Part shown: one piece after another, positions 14,571 through 29,412 of the stretch
Numbering within the stretch: the first letter of the stretch is position 1
Layout of the letters: the number at the start of each line of letters is the position of its first letter
NCBI GenBank assembly: GCA_951406725.2
Contig: OX597815.1
Span: forward strand, 87,358,001 to 87,422,000
Reading direction: 5' to 3'
DNA length: 64,000 bases
Origin: Octopus vulgaris
Taxonomy: Eukaryota
The notes under the pieces: model-generated
What the model saw: the letters and a program-made list of their open reading frames with translations, nothing else
What the model was told of the DNA's origin: nothing
The model's database searches: none
Translations under genes and position numbers: made by a program

Positions 14571-16792
14571 TCATTATTATTATTATTATTATTATTAAAA
14601 AAGTAATGTTAATGTGATTAAAGTGTTTAACAACTGACTTAATTTATTTCAAAACCTCTATGCTGTATCCTTGAACTTGACAATCAACTGAACACTGCTA
14701 CTACACCTTCTTTATAGTTAGACAGATGTTGCAAATGTCATTAGCTCTGTAATTCAATTAAAGTTACAAGAATAAGCATATGGAAATAAGATAAAGTCAA
14801 GTATTATAGATGAAACAGTTAAACAGTATATAAAGGAATGAGGTACAAGCATGGTTACGTGCTTAAGAAGTTTGCTTTGCAATAATATAGTTTTGTGTTC
14901 AGTGCCACAGTGCAGTATCTTGTACGAATGTTGACAATACACAGTTTATCTTGTTTACTGTCAGAGAGAAACGATAACATTATGCTTATATTATTTGTTG
15001 ACATTACAACCAGTTGTTCTGCACTTTCAAAGACAAGGGGAATAAAAAAAAATGCTTATTTGAAGAACAAGTAAGGGTCACTGACAGCAAGGGAATCCAG
15101 CCATAAAATGCTGCAGTGAACAATTCTCCTCCAACCCTTGCTAGCAAGGAAAAACAGAAGTGTAACAAATGAGCAAACAAATTACAGTGTTTCATAATTA
15201 AACATTTAACAAAAGAAATACTCCTTTGAAACACAATTTGATCAACTAATAAAATATAGGGAGGTAGATACCTCCCTATAATGTATGTTAATCTATAGAT
15301 TTGATTTATTCAATGATCTATTTTATCATTATTGTGAGTGGATGTAGTTCAAAGGATGTGGGAGAAAGTACATAACAAAATATTTTGATGTCATAAAGTT
15401 CAAAATGGAGAGGACAAATAAATATCTTTTGCGTGATTAAAATAAGGGTTGGGACTGTGTCAGATAATGTATTAATTGTGGGAAGGGACTAAGAGAAGAA
15501 ACTAAGGTGATGACTGCATATAAAACAACACAGGGTAAATAAATTAACACAGATATGAAGAGTGAAAAATAAAGGTGTTCCACAGAGAAAAGAGCAATGA
15601 TTGAAGGTAAACAGTCAAGCATTAAAAACACATGTGAGAGAGACGTTTGCAATTAAATCATACTTGGATTACTCAGGTAAACAAAAGGAAATTTATATGT
15701 AACCAAACCAAAGCTGATATTATATCGAAGCATTAATTAATAGCATTGTATGGCACCTCTGATTTAAAGAGATCTCCTGATATTTGTTTCTCCTGAAGAC
15801 ATTATTGACTAAAGGTAAAGTGTAATTCAATTGAATCAACCACAGTACATTGATTCTGAAGGGATGAAATTCTCAGCTGATGATAACATGGTTTGGACTG
15901 CAAACAGAAACTTAGTAGAAAGCATTTAATCTAACATTCTACTAGCTTGGCCATCTCCTCTCTCTTTTTATTTGTTGTTTTTGTTATTGCAAACTTCCAT
16001 AAACCAATGAGTTTTAGAAGCACAAACCAAGAACATAGAATCCAACCACTTTAAGTTACAGTGATGGCAGGATTGAAACTCAGACCTACATGCTAACTGA
16101 ATATTTCTGATTTTCAGAGCTTCCAATACTTGAAGAGTACCTACTTATAACAACACAGATTTTATATCCATTTGTAAATTAAAATGACTTGCACACGGCT
16201 GCAGCAAAATGCACCACATAGGATCAGCTGCTCATCTAACACACTACTGAGTTAGCATTTCAATTCACAACAATGACTACTTGTTATATCAGAATGAAGC
16301 AACAGATTTCTTTTTAAGAAGCTATGGAAATTTCATAAAAATGAAGAATTTCATCAAAAAGGTATAATCCACCTTTTATCTATAATTAGTTTGCTTGCTT
16401 TTATTACATCACTAAATTATAAGTAAATCCCTGCAAATGTTAACAGATTTTTTAATACTTTATTGAATCAGTTTCTATTTATAAAAGAAAAGGCTTCACC
16501 ATGTAATACTCTGGAAAAAAAATTACTAACAACTCTAGAATGTAAAAGGCAGCCCAATACATGAAAGAAAAGGGAAGGAGAGGGGTTGAGATGGAACAAA
16601 GTAGAGGAAGTGAAAGAATAAGAGGAACTGAAATAGCAAAATCAAGAAAAGAGAAAAATAATCACAGATATAAATGTAATTATGAGATGTACTTGTAAAG
16701 ATGTGAAGAAAGCAGATAAAATGTTCTTTTACTTTATGTAAAAAGATAACACACACACACAAGTGTATCACATGTATACAGATATTCACACA

Positions 16793-16838
<46 letters not shown>

Positions 16839-16867
16839 TTCATATGCAAATATCTATGTGCATATTA

Positions 16868-17262
16868 TATATATAAAAAATACAAAAATGGAACAAGAAC
16901 GCAAAACATCCAGACAGACAATACAAAGAAAACAAGGATGGGTCATTTGGAGTTTTCTTTCCTCAGTCGAGTTCCAGATTATCTTTGCAATTTTGACTGG
17001 TTATACTCGAAATTGCTCTAATCTGGCCAGCCCCAAGGAAAAACTAACCTAAGAGCCCTAGATTCCCTGGAAGAAAGCAGCGAATGTATACGAAAACAAG
17101 GACGTAAAAAAAACAGAGAAATGGTACATAAATACAAATAACAGGACATTAACAACGGGTGTCTTTCGACTAAGGACGAATTAAATTAAGCTGGTGTGTG
17201 TGGAAGTAAAGCCTTATGGCAGGGACATAGGATTTGACAGGCACAGGGAGGAATATAGATGT
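16868..17262. mobile_element. Unclassified interspersed repeat truncating the left TIR of the Tc1 element
   Basis: A CpG-richer block that abuts and removes the outermost bases of the Tc1 TIR at 17263. Confidence 0.35.
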
Positions 17263-18131
17263 TGCACAAAGTCTTTGGCCACTTTAAACTATTGCAAATT
17301 TCTGCTAATTGCCAACTTATAAGTGGATGTCTTGCACAGCGTTTTTTACAGATGAAACATTGGCCTTGTTTGTGTCATTTCCATACCTAATCATTATATT
17401 TTGTAGTAGGGGTTCTGAATGAGGGGAAGATGCAAGACAACCACTAAAAATGGCCATGCAAAAGTTTTCAGTCACCCCACATAAACCAATCAAGATACAG
17501 TGTTTTAAAACAGAAAAATGTTTATAATGAAAATTTGTTACATAATGTTCATTTCAAGAAGTTACTGTACATTGTTAATATTTTGTGTGGTTTCCCTTAG
17601 CTTCAATGCACCTGGGAAGAGATGCATACAAATCCTTCACCATCTTCACAGGTATGAGGTGTCATTCTCAGTGGCTGAACTCCCACAACTCTTCAAGATT
17701 ATGTGGCTTCTTCTTACGAACTCTCCTCTTTAGTTCTGTCCACATTTACTCGATGGTATTTAAGTCAGGGCTCTGAACTGGCCAGTCTTTCAATACATTA
17801 ACACTTTCATCAACCAGACTCTGTTATGTTGCATGCAATTTGTGGCATGGAGTTCCGTCATGCTGAAAAATCTCACCTTCATCCAAGTCTGGTATCAAAT
17901 TGTCTTTCAGCAACTGAATGTATTTAGCACTATTCATTTTTGGTGATTGTCTCTCATCTCCCCCTCATTCAGAACCTCTACTACAAAATATAATGATTAG
18001 GTATGGAAATGACTCCAACAGGGCCAATGTTTCATCTGTAAAAAATGCAATGCAAAACATCCACTCATAAGTTGGCAATGAGTAGAAATTTACAATAGTT
18101 TAAAGTGGCCGAAGACTTTTGCACAGTACTG
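17263..18131 (-). mobile_element. Internally deleted Tc1-superfamily transposon with ~190-bp TIRs and a transposase C-terminal remnant (D-35-E)
   Basis: 17263-17455 and 17937-18131 are inverted repeats. The right end is CAGTACTGTGCAAAAGTC flanked by TA. Minus 17575-17937 reads MNSAKYIQLLKDNL...IFQHDGTPCH...DWPVQSPDLNTIE*MWTELKRRV...AKGNHTKY*, with in-frame stops. Confidence 0.9.
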
Positions 18132-18246
18132 TATATATAAGACATACATAGCTAGTACTCTCTCTCTCTTTCATCCTCTGTGTATGTGAGAGTGCATAGA
18201 TATATTAGATAGAATAGATGGATGGATAGATAGATATATGCACATG

Positions 18247-18284
<38 letters not shown>

Positions 18285-19030
18285 TAAATCCTTTGGAGTA
18301 GAGCTAACTCTCAACACAAGCTAGACAAGCTAGGACTTACTTCAACCCAAGCTAAGTAACCTGGCCAATGGTGTCTGATTAGTGAAAAACCCAAATCAAC
18401 CAATGATCCCAAATAACAGCACTGATGATGCCTCAAGGTTCCTCACAAGATAACAAGTATATATAAACAAGATTATATTAAACAATTCCCTGGTGATGTG
18501 AACACATGCATGTTATATTCTTTTATGTCCAGGGTGAATGAAAATAATTTTTATATGTATATGTCTTCATTGATTTTTAGTTCATTCCACATACTTATGT
18601 GCATGTGTGTGTGATCCACTGATATAAATATATATAACTTTAAATGAAATTCTTATACAACAATGAGAAGAATACTATTTAATCAATGATTGAAAGCATT
18701 TAAGCATAAGATCAAATAGAACTGATATTCTAATCTAATTTCACCAGGAAAACCAATCAATACAGAAATAGATCCTTTAAAACAGCTCCATGGAAATGTC
18801 TCAGAAGCACATGCAATTGTATATACACACACATATATATAACAATGTGTAGGATACAATAGACTAAACTGGGTTTATAGAAATACACTCTGACAAACCT
18901 ACATATATGCATGCATTTCTTTAAGTAAAAAACATATTTACAAAAAACATATACACCATCATATATATATATCATCATCATTTAATAGTCATTTTCCATG
19001 CTAGCAAGGGTTGGACACTATATCTATCCA

Positions 19031-19074
<44 letters not shown>

Positions 19075-21115
19075 TATTGTACTTAAGTGCTTTTTAATAC
19101 TATCTAGCATGTACACTCCTCAAAATAGTTTAAATTAGTAGCATGTCTGATTATTATTAAAATACAATACATCATACTTAATAAAAAGGCAAAACTAACT
19201 GGAGAAGAGACCAAGGAGATAGGACTACTTAGTTATAGACATTGCTGCACCAACAGTATTGCTCAAGTTGCCTAATCCCACTTCTACCACTATAGATTTA
19301 TACAGATACCATTGCTATTTCGCATCATGAGAGAGTTATATTACAGAAATAGTGGAGACACGACTAAACTCTGAAAAAAACAAAAAAGCACTACACCTTT
19401 TGTTTTTTACTTCAATTTTGTTTTTACTACTTAGTCAAAGAGTGAGGCAGCACTCATGTCTTTATATATATATATTTAACCTTTATTTTTTCCAAACCTC
19501 CAAGACTTGTCAGAGGAGGAGAGCCAAATGTTTGTAACAGAGTGAACTCCATTAAAGACACACATATAGCAGGTGGTAGTATTAAATTAGATGAGGAGTT
19601 AAGCTTTGTCACTAGGATCACAAAAGTGTCTTCATAACTATATTCAAAGCATTTTGTTTTTCTTAAATAACAAAGCAAAAACTCCATATAATTGAGTGCT
19701 TTATCGACACACTGAGTTCAAATTCATGGATTAAGAAGGCCAGAAAGGTGTTGTACAAATTGTTTTAACTTAGGCACAGAGTCTTAAATATCAGCAGGAG
19801 GGAAACGTAGATTACATCTACCCCACTCCTTGATTGTTTATTTTATCAACCCAAAAAGGATAAAAGGTAAACTTAATTTCAGCAGGATTTGAACTTAGAA
19901 AGTAAAGAACCAGAATACCACAAAACATGTTATATGACACTAACTATTATGTCAATACACCACTCTAAGGTGTTGCAATAATATTTAAAAAATACTACCC
20001 ATAACAGTAGAAACAATGGGAAGCTTTGTGACCCCAAGTCAAACCCCATAGATGGTATTATCAAATTACCATAGTTAATCTAATTTTAGGCTTTCAATTA
20101 CATACACCTATAAGCCATAAAACAGCAGAGCAAAATGAATTGTAGATATAGCATACAGTTCGTGTGGACTTGAGTTTTTGCTCAAGGGTGAGAAAGTACT
20201 ATGAATTAATAATGGAAAATATCCAAGTCAGAACTGGAAAGAAATAGTTATACATCAGATCAGAAAACAGTGAACCTCACAAACAAGATGGAACATTAAG
20301 AAATTCTTTATTTTTGAGAGGTTGTAGTGATAATGAAGATCAACCTAACCAATAATACTTAGCAATAGTTCAAGTATTACAGAAAAAATATACAATGACA
20401 GAAATTATTTTAGTTACTTATATCATGATGACGATGATCATCCAGTATCAGAGTCATCAAAAGCTGTTAACATCTTGCACTTGCAAGATTTTGGGTTAAT
20501 AGTCTACAGTAGATACATCACTTTCATCTGAGTGGACTACAGCACTTGCACAAAAATACAATTCACCACTTAGTCGGTGCTTCGAACCCATGACCTTATG
20601 ATCAGGAGTCCAACAGCCTGATAGTTTCAACTGGAATATAGACTTACCACTTCATAAGAGTTTTATTTATGAAGTGCCAAAGTTATACAGAAGGGGAGAA
20701 AATGGGAAGCTGCAATGTTTATATCCTTCCTAAGAACATTTATAAAATAATGAAATTGTTCCAACAGGAAAAGAAATCATGTCCCAGACTAAGTTTGCCA
20801 TGAACTTACAAACACCACATCCAACAAAGAATTACAGATAGTAGAGAAAAACTGGGAGCAAGAATGTGTTCACCATGAAAGATTAGACAAGTAGCTCTTA
20901 TCAGATACTCAGCTACTGCATCTGTACATGAACTCCTAATCTTGCACATTTTCAAGAAATATTAGTTTTTGTTTGTAACAAAGTACTTTGTACTCTACAT
21001 TTTAAAAGAAATTGTTCAATTGTGATGCCCACTCTTCCTCTAAACTTTTCAGTAGCTATATTTAAGTTAATAAACTCTGGAACAAGGAACACTGAAGCAA
21101 ACAGAATTATGTGCT

Positions 21116-21478
21116 TTATCTATTTGACTGGTTACATTGGTTTATGTCTGTAACTACTAGCTCATCTATTCTTGTCAAACCATCCAACCCATGCCAGCAT
21201 GGAAAAAGGGAAGTTAAATGATGATAATGATAGTGTCCAAGAACACTTTACATAATATTGTTCAAATAGAATACAAACATATCCAGAATTGGCTGCTACT
21301 ATTAATACTCATTTCAATCCTTCACCAACATTTTATTTTTTACTGCATTATTTTGTAAAGGATTAAACCTAACTGAAGACATATTTTAAGTTTCTCAATT
21401 GTTTCTTAATAATTAAGTGGTTTCTTTCATTCATCCCAACAGTTAGACATAAACCAATGTAATCAGTCAAGTAGATAA
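21116..21478. mobile_element. MITE-like element with ~38-bp inverted ends, containing an RTE-tail fragment
   Basis: ttatctatttgactggttacattggtttatgtctgtaact (21116-21155) is the near reverse complement of agttagacataaaccaatgtaatcagtcaagtagataa (21441-21478). Confidence 0.5.
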
Positions 21479-24400
21479 CCTTACTCAGTATGTCAGGCTA
21501 TCTACTAGAAATAAAAACCATGAAAAAAAAAAAGCATGTTAATGTTACTTCCTTGATAATTAAAACTATCAAAAACTCCCATTACTGACACCTAATTGGA
21601 AAATTAGGTCTTTTGTTTTTTAACTTGTTTATAAAACAATTCTTATCTTCTATTTAATTTGTCTAGTACAATATTACAACACTAATTCTAAATAAATACT
21701 CATTTTGACAACAGATCACCATTTTCAAGCAACTTACTACTCAGCATGACAAAAGAACTTTTGCTAACAAAGCATTTGCCTTTGGTTGTTTTAGCTATCC
21801 ATTTCATCTATTGTCAAGTGAAATTTAATTAGATGTCTACTTAAGCTTCTCATTTTATCTTCCTTTTTCAAGGGACTCAAACTACTTTCTAAGGTCATAT
21901 TAAATTCATTGCATATTTATTTCATTACAAAATTACATTCTAGCCTGCTTCAAAGACCTGGAAATACCATGTGTTCAAAATCCATGCCTTACATAGTTTT
22001 CATGTAATAGATTCAGAAAAATGTTAGAGTATGTATTTAGTTTTCTTGCTCTTAACTTTAAAATCATTTTGGTACTGACTGCTTTTCATCTTTCTAAAAT
22101 CATTGAAATATGTACTAGGCATGTACTTGGGAGGATTTAATCAATTTGTGTGTCTCCCCTGCAAATTCATAGATTGTACCAATGAAAGAGACCAGCAACT
22201 TAGATTTCTTTTCACTGGTAATAATTTTTCCATTTTCTATATAAAAAGGAAAAAATTGACATCTGCAAATTTTAATGGTATTTTATGTAATAGCATTCCT
22301 TCCCAAAGTCAACATAGAGATTAAGATTTCATTATTAAGAAAAGGAAATGAAGGATGTGCCCAAAAGTACAACAATGGTTTTCAAACATTATTCTAAATG
22401 TGACCACCCTGTTCTAAAATTTAGAGCTTAAAGCATGTAGTCCGTTTCAAAGCACATTAAAGAGTTAGTTGTTTGAGAGAGTACATCAAGTGAAACAACT
22501 ATATAAAATCTATCATACTATTTCAAAATCCATAGTGTAGGGAATCCAAGTTTTCTGTAAACAAATCAACTGCCCATAGTTTCACAACCACTATACACTA
22601 TGCTCTAAAAAATTAGAGATTCAGTATCTAGACAAAAACCCAACTGACCTCTTTTAATTAATGAATCTGAGAAAACATTTTCGCCCATGGCACACTAAAA
22701 TACCTATTTTTTATCCCCTACTTTTACACAGCAGTCACAGAATCACAACTAGCCAGATCAATGAGGAACTAACTAATTCATTAGTCAAAAGTTCAACTGT
22801 ATGCAACCTTTCACTGATTTTATATTGCATACTTGGTAAATGTACAAACACAGAATAACCTCCCACAAGTTGTATCTAGATTAAAATACTTTAGGTACTA
22901 TGGATACTGAATAAATAAGTGCTTCATCAGCCTCTAGAGCTAAAGTTTGCTAACAAAATTTTGACAATCTTACATTCTATGCAATAAAAACAGAGATATG
23001 CCACAGTTGTCAGTAGCACCTTCTGGAAAAGGTAATGAATTCAAAAAGATATGGTTCAGAGTCATATCAAAACCATTTGTACAATGAAGAAATCCTTTAC
23101 TGTTATCAAAAACAGAATTTTTTCAGTGATATAAAGCCTATTTTCTATCCTATAACTAATATTGATAAGGTAATCAACTTCAGCTTGTAATACTCTATCA
23201 CTGCTACCTCGAATTTGTAATACACAATTATCCACTTCAAAATGCCACACCTTGAATACACATACTGGCAACATAACTGATGCACATTAAACTATACCTT
23301 TTTCGTCTTTGCTCTTAGAAATCTAATTATAAAAGGTGGATTGAAATTTAGGGCTGAAAAGCAAGTTGAAATCATTCTCTTAATGAAGTACAAAGTAATT
23401 TTTCAATCTTTTTTTAATCTACCATGTCTGCAAAGATACAATTCTATTCAGAAAATTTGGAAACTTTCAAATGATCAGTAATGTAATTAGTCACCATGTT
23501 AAGTAAATTAAAATACTACTCGTGTATATTTTTATACTCTCACTAAAACTGTCAGTAAATATGATATTTGGGATGTAAAGACTTATGTCTTTTAAACAAG
23601 TACACTTATCCATCAACCAAACTTAGTTGGTTCAGCTATCAAGTCACTATATTAAATCTTCAAATCATTTTACTTATCATAGGATGGATTCTCTTATGAA
23701 CCCTAGTAAAATTCAAGTCAACTTCCTACACAGTTATTGAGATAAATGTATTTAAAGTCCAAAAGCTACAAGCATTTCAAAGTAAAAGTAAGGCTACCCT
23801 ATACCCAAGATCTTTTGTGGCGAATAATGACTTTTCACCAGGTACAACAAAGCAGGCTCTTCAAAAGTTTAGTAAGTTTATTTTCATTACAGAAAACCAA
23901 GTCATTTATTAGAACACCTAGAGTAATAAGACACATATATAAATATGTCATGTATCTCTCAACTAAGCATTATGCAAAACAGTATGGAGAGCCTGACAGA
24001 AGTAGTCACTAGTCGTTTAGTCCTAAGGAGCTTTGAGCAGGCCTGACCTATAGTCAAACGTGACTTTCTCAATATTTTCCCATGTATAGAAAAAACAAGG
24101 TTACATAATCAAACATAACTTTCCATTGCTTCAACACAGTAGAGAGTGGTGATTTCAGAGAGGTACAGATGTTATTTCTAGCAGGTCAAAGTTAACAGTA
24201 GTGTTCCTACTGAAACTTTCAGTTTTCTAGAATCAAGAATGGTATCATTAGTGCACCGGTAGATCAAAAAGGGTTATCCAATTACTGAAATTAGGCAGCA
24301 AGGAACACAACAGCCAGTAGAAATGGTAGCGAGTGCATTGAAGTTTAGATGAATGAGACAGGACTAAAAACCCAAATCATGAACTATCAACATTGCCAGC

Positions 24401-25891
24401 CTGCTATTGAGCCACTAACTTGAAACCATCAAGGTGAGAATGGAAATAACATTTATCAAAAAGCAAAAATGCAATAAGACTTGTCATTGTATGGTAATAA
24501 ATATACAAGGATTAGCATGCCAGAACTTGATTCTTACAAGATCTAGCAGGATTTGCAATTAATGCTTTTACAGACTTCTTGAATTTTTGTTCCTTCAACC
24601 AAACAAGAATTATATAGTATACTAGAATTTACAAGATTTGACATGCCTCTAATATAAGTATTTGTCCCAAGAGAGCGAATTAACTTCATTACAGTCTAAT
24701 CCTGAACACATGCAAGAATTGATTTTAAATGTAGATAGCTATAATTCTAAAACAGCCAATGGTTATTGGAAACATAACACTACCAAATAACATTGACAGA
24801 TAAGGAAGTATTTTCAGGCATAAGCGACTGAATGGGCTAACTATCCTGCTGCAGAATAAATGCAATTTCACATAAAATCACTTGAGTTTATGAAGACTAG
24901 AGGTGGTCTGGATAAGTAAAAGCCAATTGCTTTTATTAATTCACAGAAAGGTTAATGAAAAATATACTACTAAAAAGATGAAGGGCAATGACAGAAAAAG
25001 TATTTAAACATTTACAACAAATAAAAATGAATACCAGACAACACAAAATTGCACAAAACTAACACACAAATATATTGTATGGTTCCCGAAGGACTTGAAC
25101 ATGAAACATTTAGCATGCTAAGTTTTTAAAAGATGGCAGAAGCACCTCAACAATAAAATATCCAGTAATTCTTCTCTGCTATCATCATAGACTTATCCCT
25201 TATTATTTGAGAGCATTAACTTTACAGAAATCTAATCTGCCTCCACAAAATACAAGCTTGCATCAAGCCAATAAAGAGTCTCTATACTGGCATTCAATGT
25301 GCTTGAAACAGCAGTCAAATTTCAGCATATCCTCTTAAAAAAAGAAAACATTGGCTTATATAATCCTAGATACACAACTAAGAATAGAAGACAAGATCAT
25401 TATGTCTGAAACATTTTGTAACATAAGTCTCTATCATTAGGTCAGGCCTAAGGCTAAATAACAAGACAGCAACACTGCTTTTATTTTGTTTTGTTTTTGT
25501 TATTGTTCTTTTTTTTTTTTTCAGATAAAAAGTATAAAACACAACAGGCCTACTAACATTTTTTCCTACTCAATTTTCAAATAAATTATATATGAACAAA
25601 GACCTAGTTTTGTCAACTAATTAATCCAACAAGATGGTACAGTTTAAATTTCTATCAAGTCACTGCCGCTTTTTTCAATTCTTCAGACACATGAGAACAA
25701 ATCACACCTTCTTAAACAAATGGTTAACAATGATTCTAAATAAATCATCTTGAAGTGTATAAACTAAAACTATGCACTACATCCTGTTTGACCACGGTAA
25801 ATGCTTGCAAACATTCAAACAATGACAAATATCAAAGTAATTAATTCTCTTAGGGTTTTTTAAAGTAATTCTTAAAACATTTCTCCTTTAA

Positions 25892-26089
25892 CCATTTCAT
25901 TACCAAATACCTGTTAAAATATACTGCCTTTGTTTTAATTAATTTTGGTATTAATGAAGAATTTAATAAAATAACTTTACCATTATTAAACTGAAGTTTG
26001 GAACATAAACTAATATGAAATTTTTATAAGAGGTTTTAATTTAGTTCACTGACCCATTGGAAGTCTTGGGCAGTTTGGTATCAAAAGGG
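25892..26089. mobile_element. Degenerate piggyBac-type MITE
   Basis: TTAA|ccatttcattaccaaa ... tttggtatcaaaaggg|taaa. The TIRs are imperfect. Confidence 0.5.
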
Positions 26090-27689
26090 TAAATGGTTTG
26101 CTAATAGTGTTCTAGTGATGGCAAAAGTAGAACTGTGTCTCTTCAGCCTCATTTTCTCCCTAACACTAGGTTCTCAGATGTTAAGTACTGTTACATGACA
26201 GGCTAACTTGTAACAGTAACATTCCTAAATAATGAATGGTATTAGATATCATAACATGAAACAATCTCTCTCACCCACCTGTCTGAGTACACACACACAC
26301 ACGTTTACAGGGTGAATGTGATTTAGAAAGAAATTCAGAGTAGGAACAAAAGGTTTGTTACATTACATATAAATGAACAAGCGAACAAGCACAAATATAC
26401 ATATACACACTGAGTAGTTTTCTTCCAGTACATAGACATAAATCTACACTCCTTCCTAGATCAAACAATACAAAAAACCAGTATCTCCATAAATTAATTA
26501 TTTAAGCTTGTAACCTAAATGTTCATCCTATTCTTAGAAAAGTGGTGAAATTATTATACATTTATATAGAGCTCACTTTCTCTTTAAAATATATATATAT
26601 ATATGTAAAATTATATGGATATAGGCTATAGTCCATTAGCGATATAATGGACTATATCAAAAATTTATTTCACTCAATTATTGCATTTTCGTTTTTGTAA
26701 CTACCTATTATATATGTATTAAAAGTCGAAAGTTTTTCTTCAGCTTACAGACCCATTTGGCCAGAACTTATTCCAGTTTCTGAGGGGTTTAAGAAACTGG
26801 GAGTATGAAGTACCCCTCTGAACAGGATTCCAGTCTATAAAAAGCTTATTCCAGCCAGCTATCACCGGTACTCATTTTCAGGTGAGTGGACTGAAGCAAT
26901 GCAAATCAAAGAGGGAAATTATTTGACCAATTCTGGAAATACAACATGTTAAGTAGATCTATTAAACTATTCTCGAGTAGATCTACAGTGCAGTCAAAGC
27001 CTACCTAACAAAGCATCCAACCAGTGCTCTTGCCATGACCCCCACTGAAGTCATCTCTGCTCTTTGAAACAAACTAGTGCTGCCTTTATTAAGATAGTGT
27101 AGTCTAGCATATACTATGTCTGAAAAAGATCAACACATGACTGAAATGTTTTTGATCATAGATTTCGACTTGACTTGGAGCCAACTTGGGGCTAGACAAC
27201 AACTTCTGCAGTATTATATGATTTACACTTGTGAGTTATGTTATAGGGTAACACACTATGTATGAGGTATGGAAACCAAAAGAATTAAGAAATTTTTAAC
27301 AAAAACGGTTTGGAATCACTGTTATAGATAAATAATCATAATCACTTAGCTAATCATAAAGTTATTCTTGTATGTAGAAAAAGTAAAATCAATATGTTGA
27401 CCCCACTATAATAGTTTGCCAAATCAGATGGGATAAAAGTTGAAGTCAGCCCTAATAGTTACTAAAAGAGGCAAAACCAAAACTTATTCAATCCAGACTC
27501 TTTACATATTAGCCATCTCCATTGTTCTTATATTTAAATCTTCTCAAGAAGAAACCTTGGTTTACACTCCTCCAACTACACACACAAAAATGTTTGTAAC
27601 AATTGTGTTTGACAAAGGTTAAAAAACCACAGTACATGTATTGATACAAGGTAATGAAACTGTAAGACTCAATGAAGACCCAGTGTCTA

Positions 27690-28083
27690 TATCCCCTCTT
27701 ACACTCATCTTTGCACTCCATCACTACCATCTTTATCGCTTTCTCTACTCCCATCCACCCCTATATGTAGGATAGCTATGCTTTTCTTTCTATCATACCC
27801 GGCATAAAGCAACTTCCCACTCTCAAATACTCTCCCTTGCCACTTCGTAGCAGGAGGTTTTCCTTTTCTTGTCTTGCCAGTTACTTAGGAACTTCACTAG
27901 TGTCAGTGACACAATAATGGCACCCAGTACACACTATAAAGTGGTTAGCATTAGGAAGGACATCCAGCCATAGAAACCATACCCAAGTTGACACTGAAAT
28001 TTGGTACAACTCTGCAGCTCATCAGATCCTGTGAAACTGTCCAACCCATGCCAGCATGGAAAATGAATGTTAATTGATGATAA
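27690..28083 (+). mobile_element. RTE-LINE/SINE 3' tail
   Basis: Shared tail gtggttagcattaggaagg.catccagcc.tagaaac...ccaacccatgccagcatggaaa...tgatgat, also seen at ~3350, 29690, 48590 and 53620. Confidence 0.75.
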
Positions 28084-29412
28084 TTCAAGTAAGAGTTGAG
28101 GAACAAATACTCAGATATTTTTCCTGTATTAGACAGCAGATATCATTCCAACTTCATTGTGGTTGCCAACAATAAGAACATGTAGAGTATGAGAAAAATG
28201 AGCCAAGTTAGCAGTTAAATCTAAATATATATCCATGTTAGCTTCTATTGGTTGATATTGTCAGTTCTCATTGTACGAGGACCATTGCCTATATCTTTAG
28301 AAGCTCTTTCAGATTGATGAAATCAATAAAGTATTGTGTGTGTATTTTTTTGTGCATTTATTCATGCTTAGATGTGTGTGGGTATGTTTGCATGCATGTA
28401 TAATTATATATATATGGGTAAGTACAAGTGCTGCACCTTTTCATAATGTTCTAAATGTGGAAGTGAATTCCTAGCATTGATAGACTTCATCAGCCATTTA
28501 TGAACTCCCTACACCAGAAATACAAACAGATCCTGAGTGAAGATCATCTTCGACGATGAAAGACCAAAAATAAATGTCTACATCTGAATGTGTATGTGCA
28601 TTCATTTTTATCTATACATACATATTTGATCATCACTATATGTTGTCTGAGGATATCACGATACTCAGCTTCTAATTGCTACAAAGTCAACACAGCATGT
28701 GACAGGATTTTCACTGATTTATCTTGACACAAAGTTACACAAATTTGTAAAAGGGTGGGAGTGGGTGAAACCAGCTCAGTTGAATCCCCTACATTAGTAA
28801 CATGATTGTTACTCATTTTCACTGACTGTGGATATAAAAAGCAGTTAATGCTGTTAGATTTTAACTTAGAGCACAACAAGGTGAAATTAAATTTTGGTAT
28901 GTTGGGCATTTAGAAAGGCATTACAGTATTTCTGAAAAACAATAGCTACCCAACTATTCATACTTTATTATGATGTTACGTGTTGCCAGAAATATCAGGT
29001 ATGAAGCTTTTTCAACACCAATCTTCTTAAGGCTAAAATAGGTACCATGGAGAGATGTGCAGTTCATTGTTGAGGGCAGTAGAGACAATGTATAGCTGAC
29101 AAGTGTTTCATTGGTGTTGTAAGTGTTGAATTTCAAAGCCCATGCAGGAAAGAAGTGTTGCAACAGACACCCAAAGGAGTCAATACTGTTAAACTCCAGA
29201 AGGTTTGAGTATGCTTATGGGAATTTACTAGTCTTTAAAACTATCTCAACTAGCTTGGCAGCCATACAGTATAAACATGCAAGAAGATGATGATGATGAT
29301 ATGAGCGATATCCTAAAATAGTAGATAACAAAAGTGACAAGATAAAAGTCAGAAAAATTGTTAAGAAGTGGCAGACTTAAGTGAAGTGATAAAAAGAAGT
29401 TTTTAATAAATA

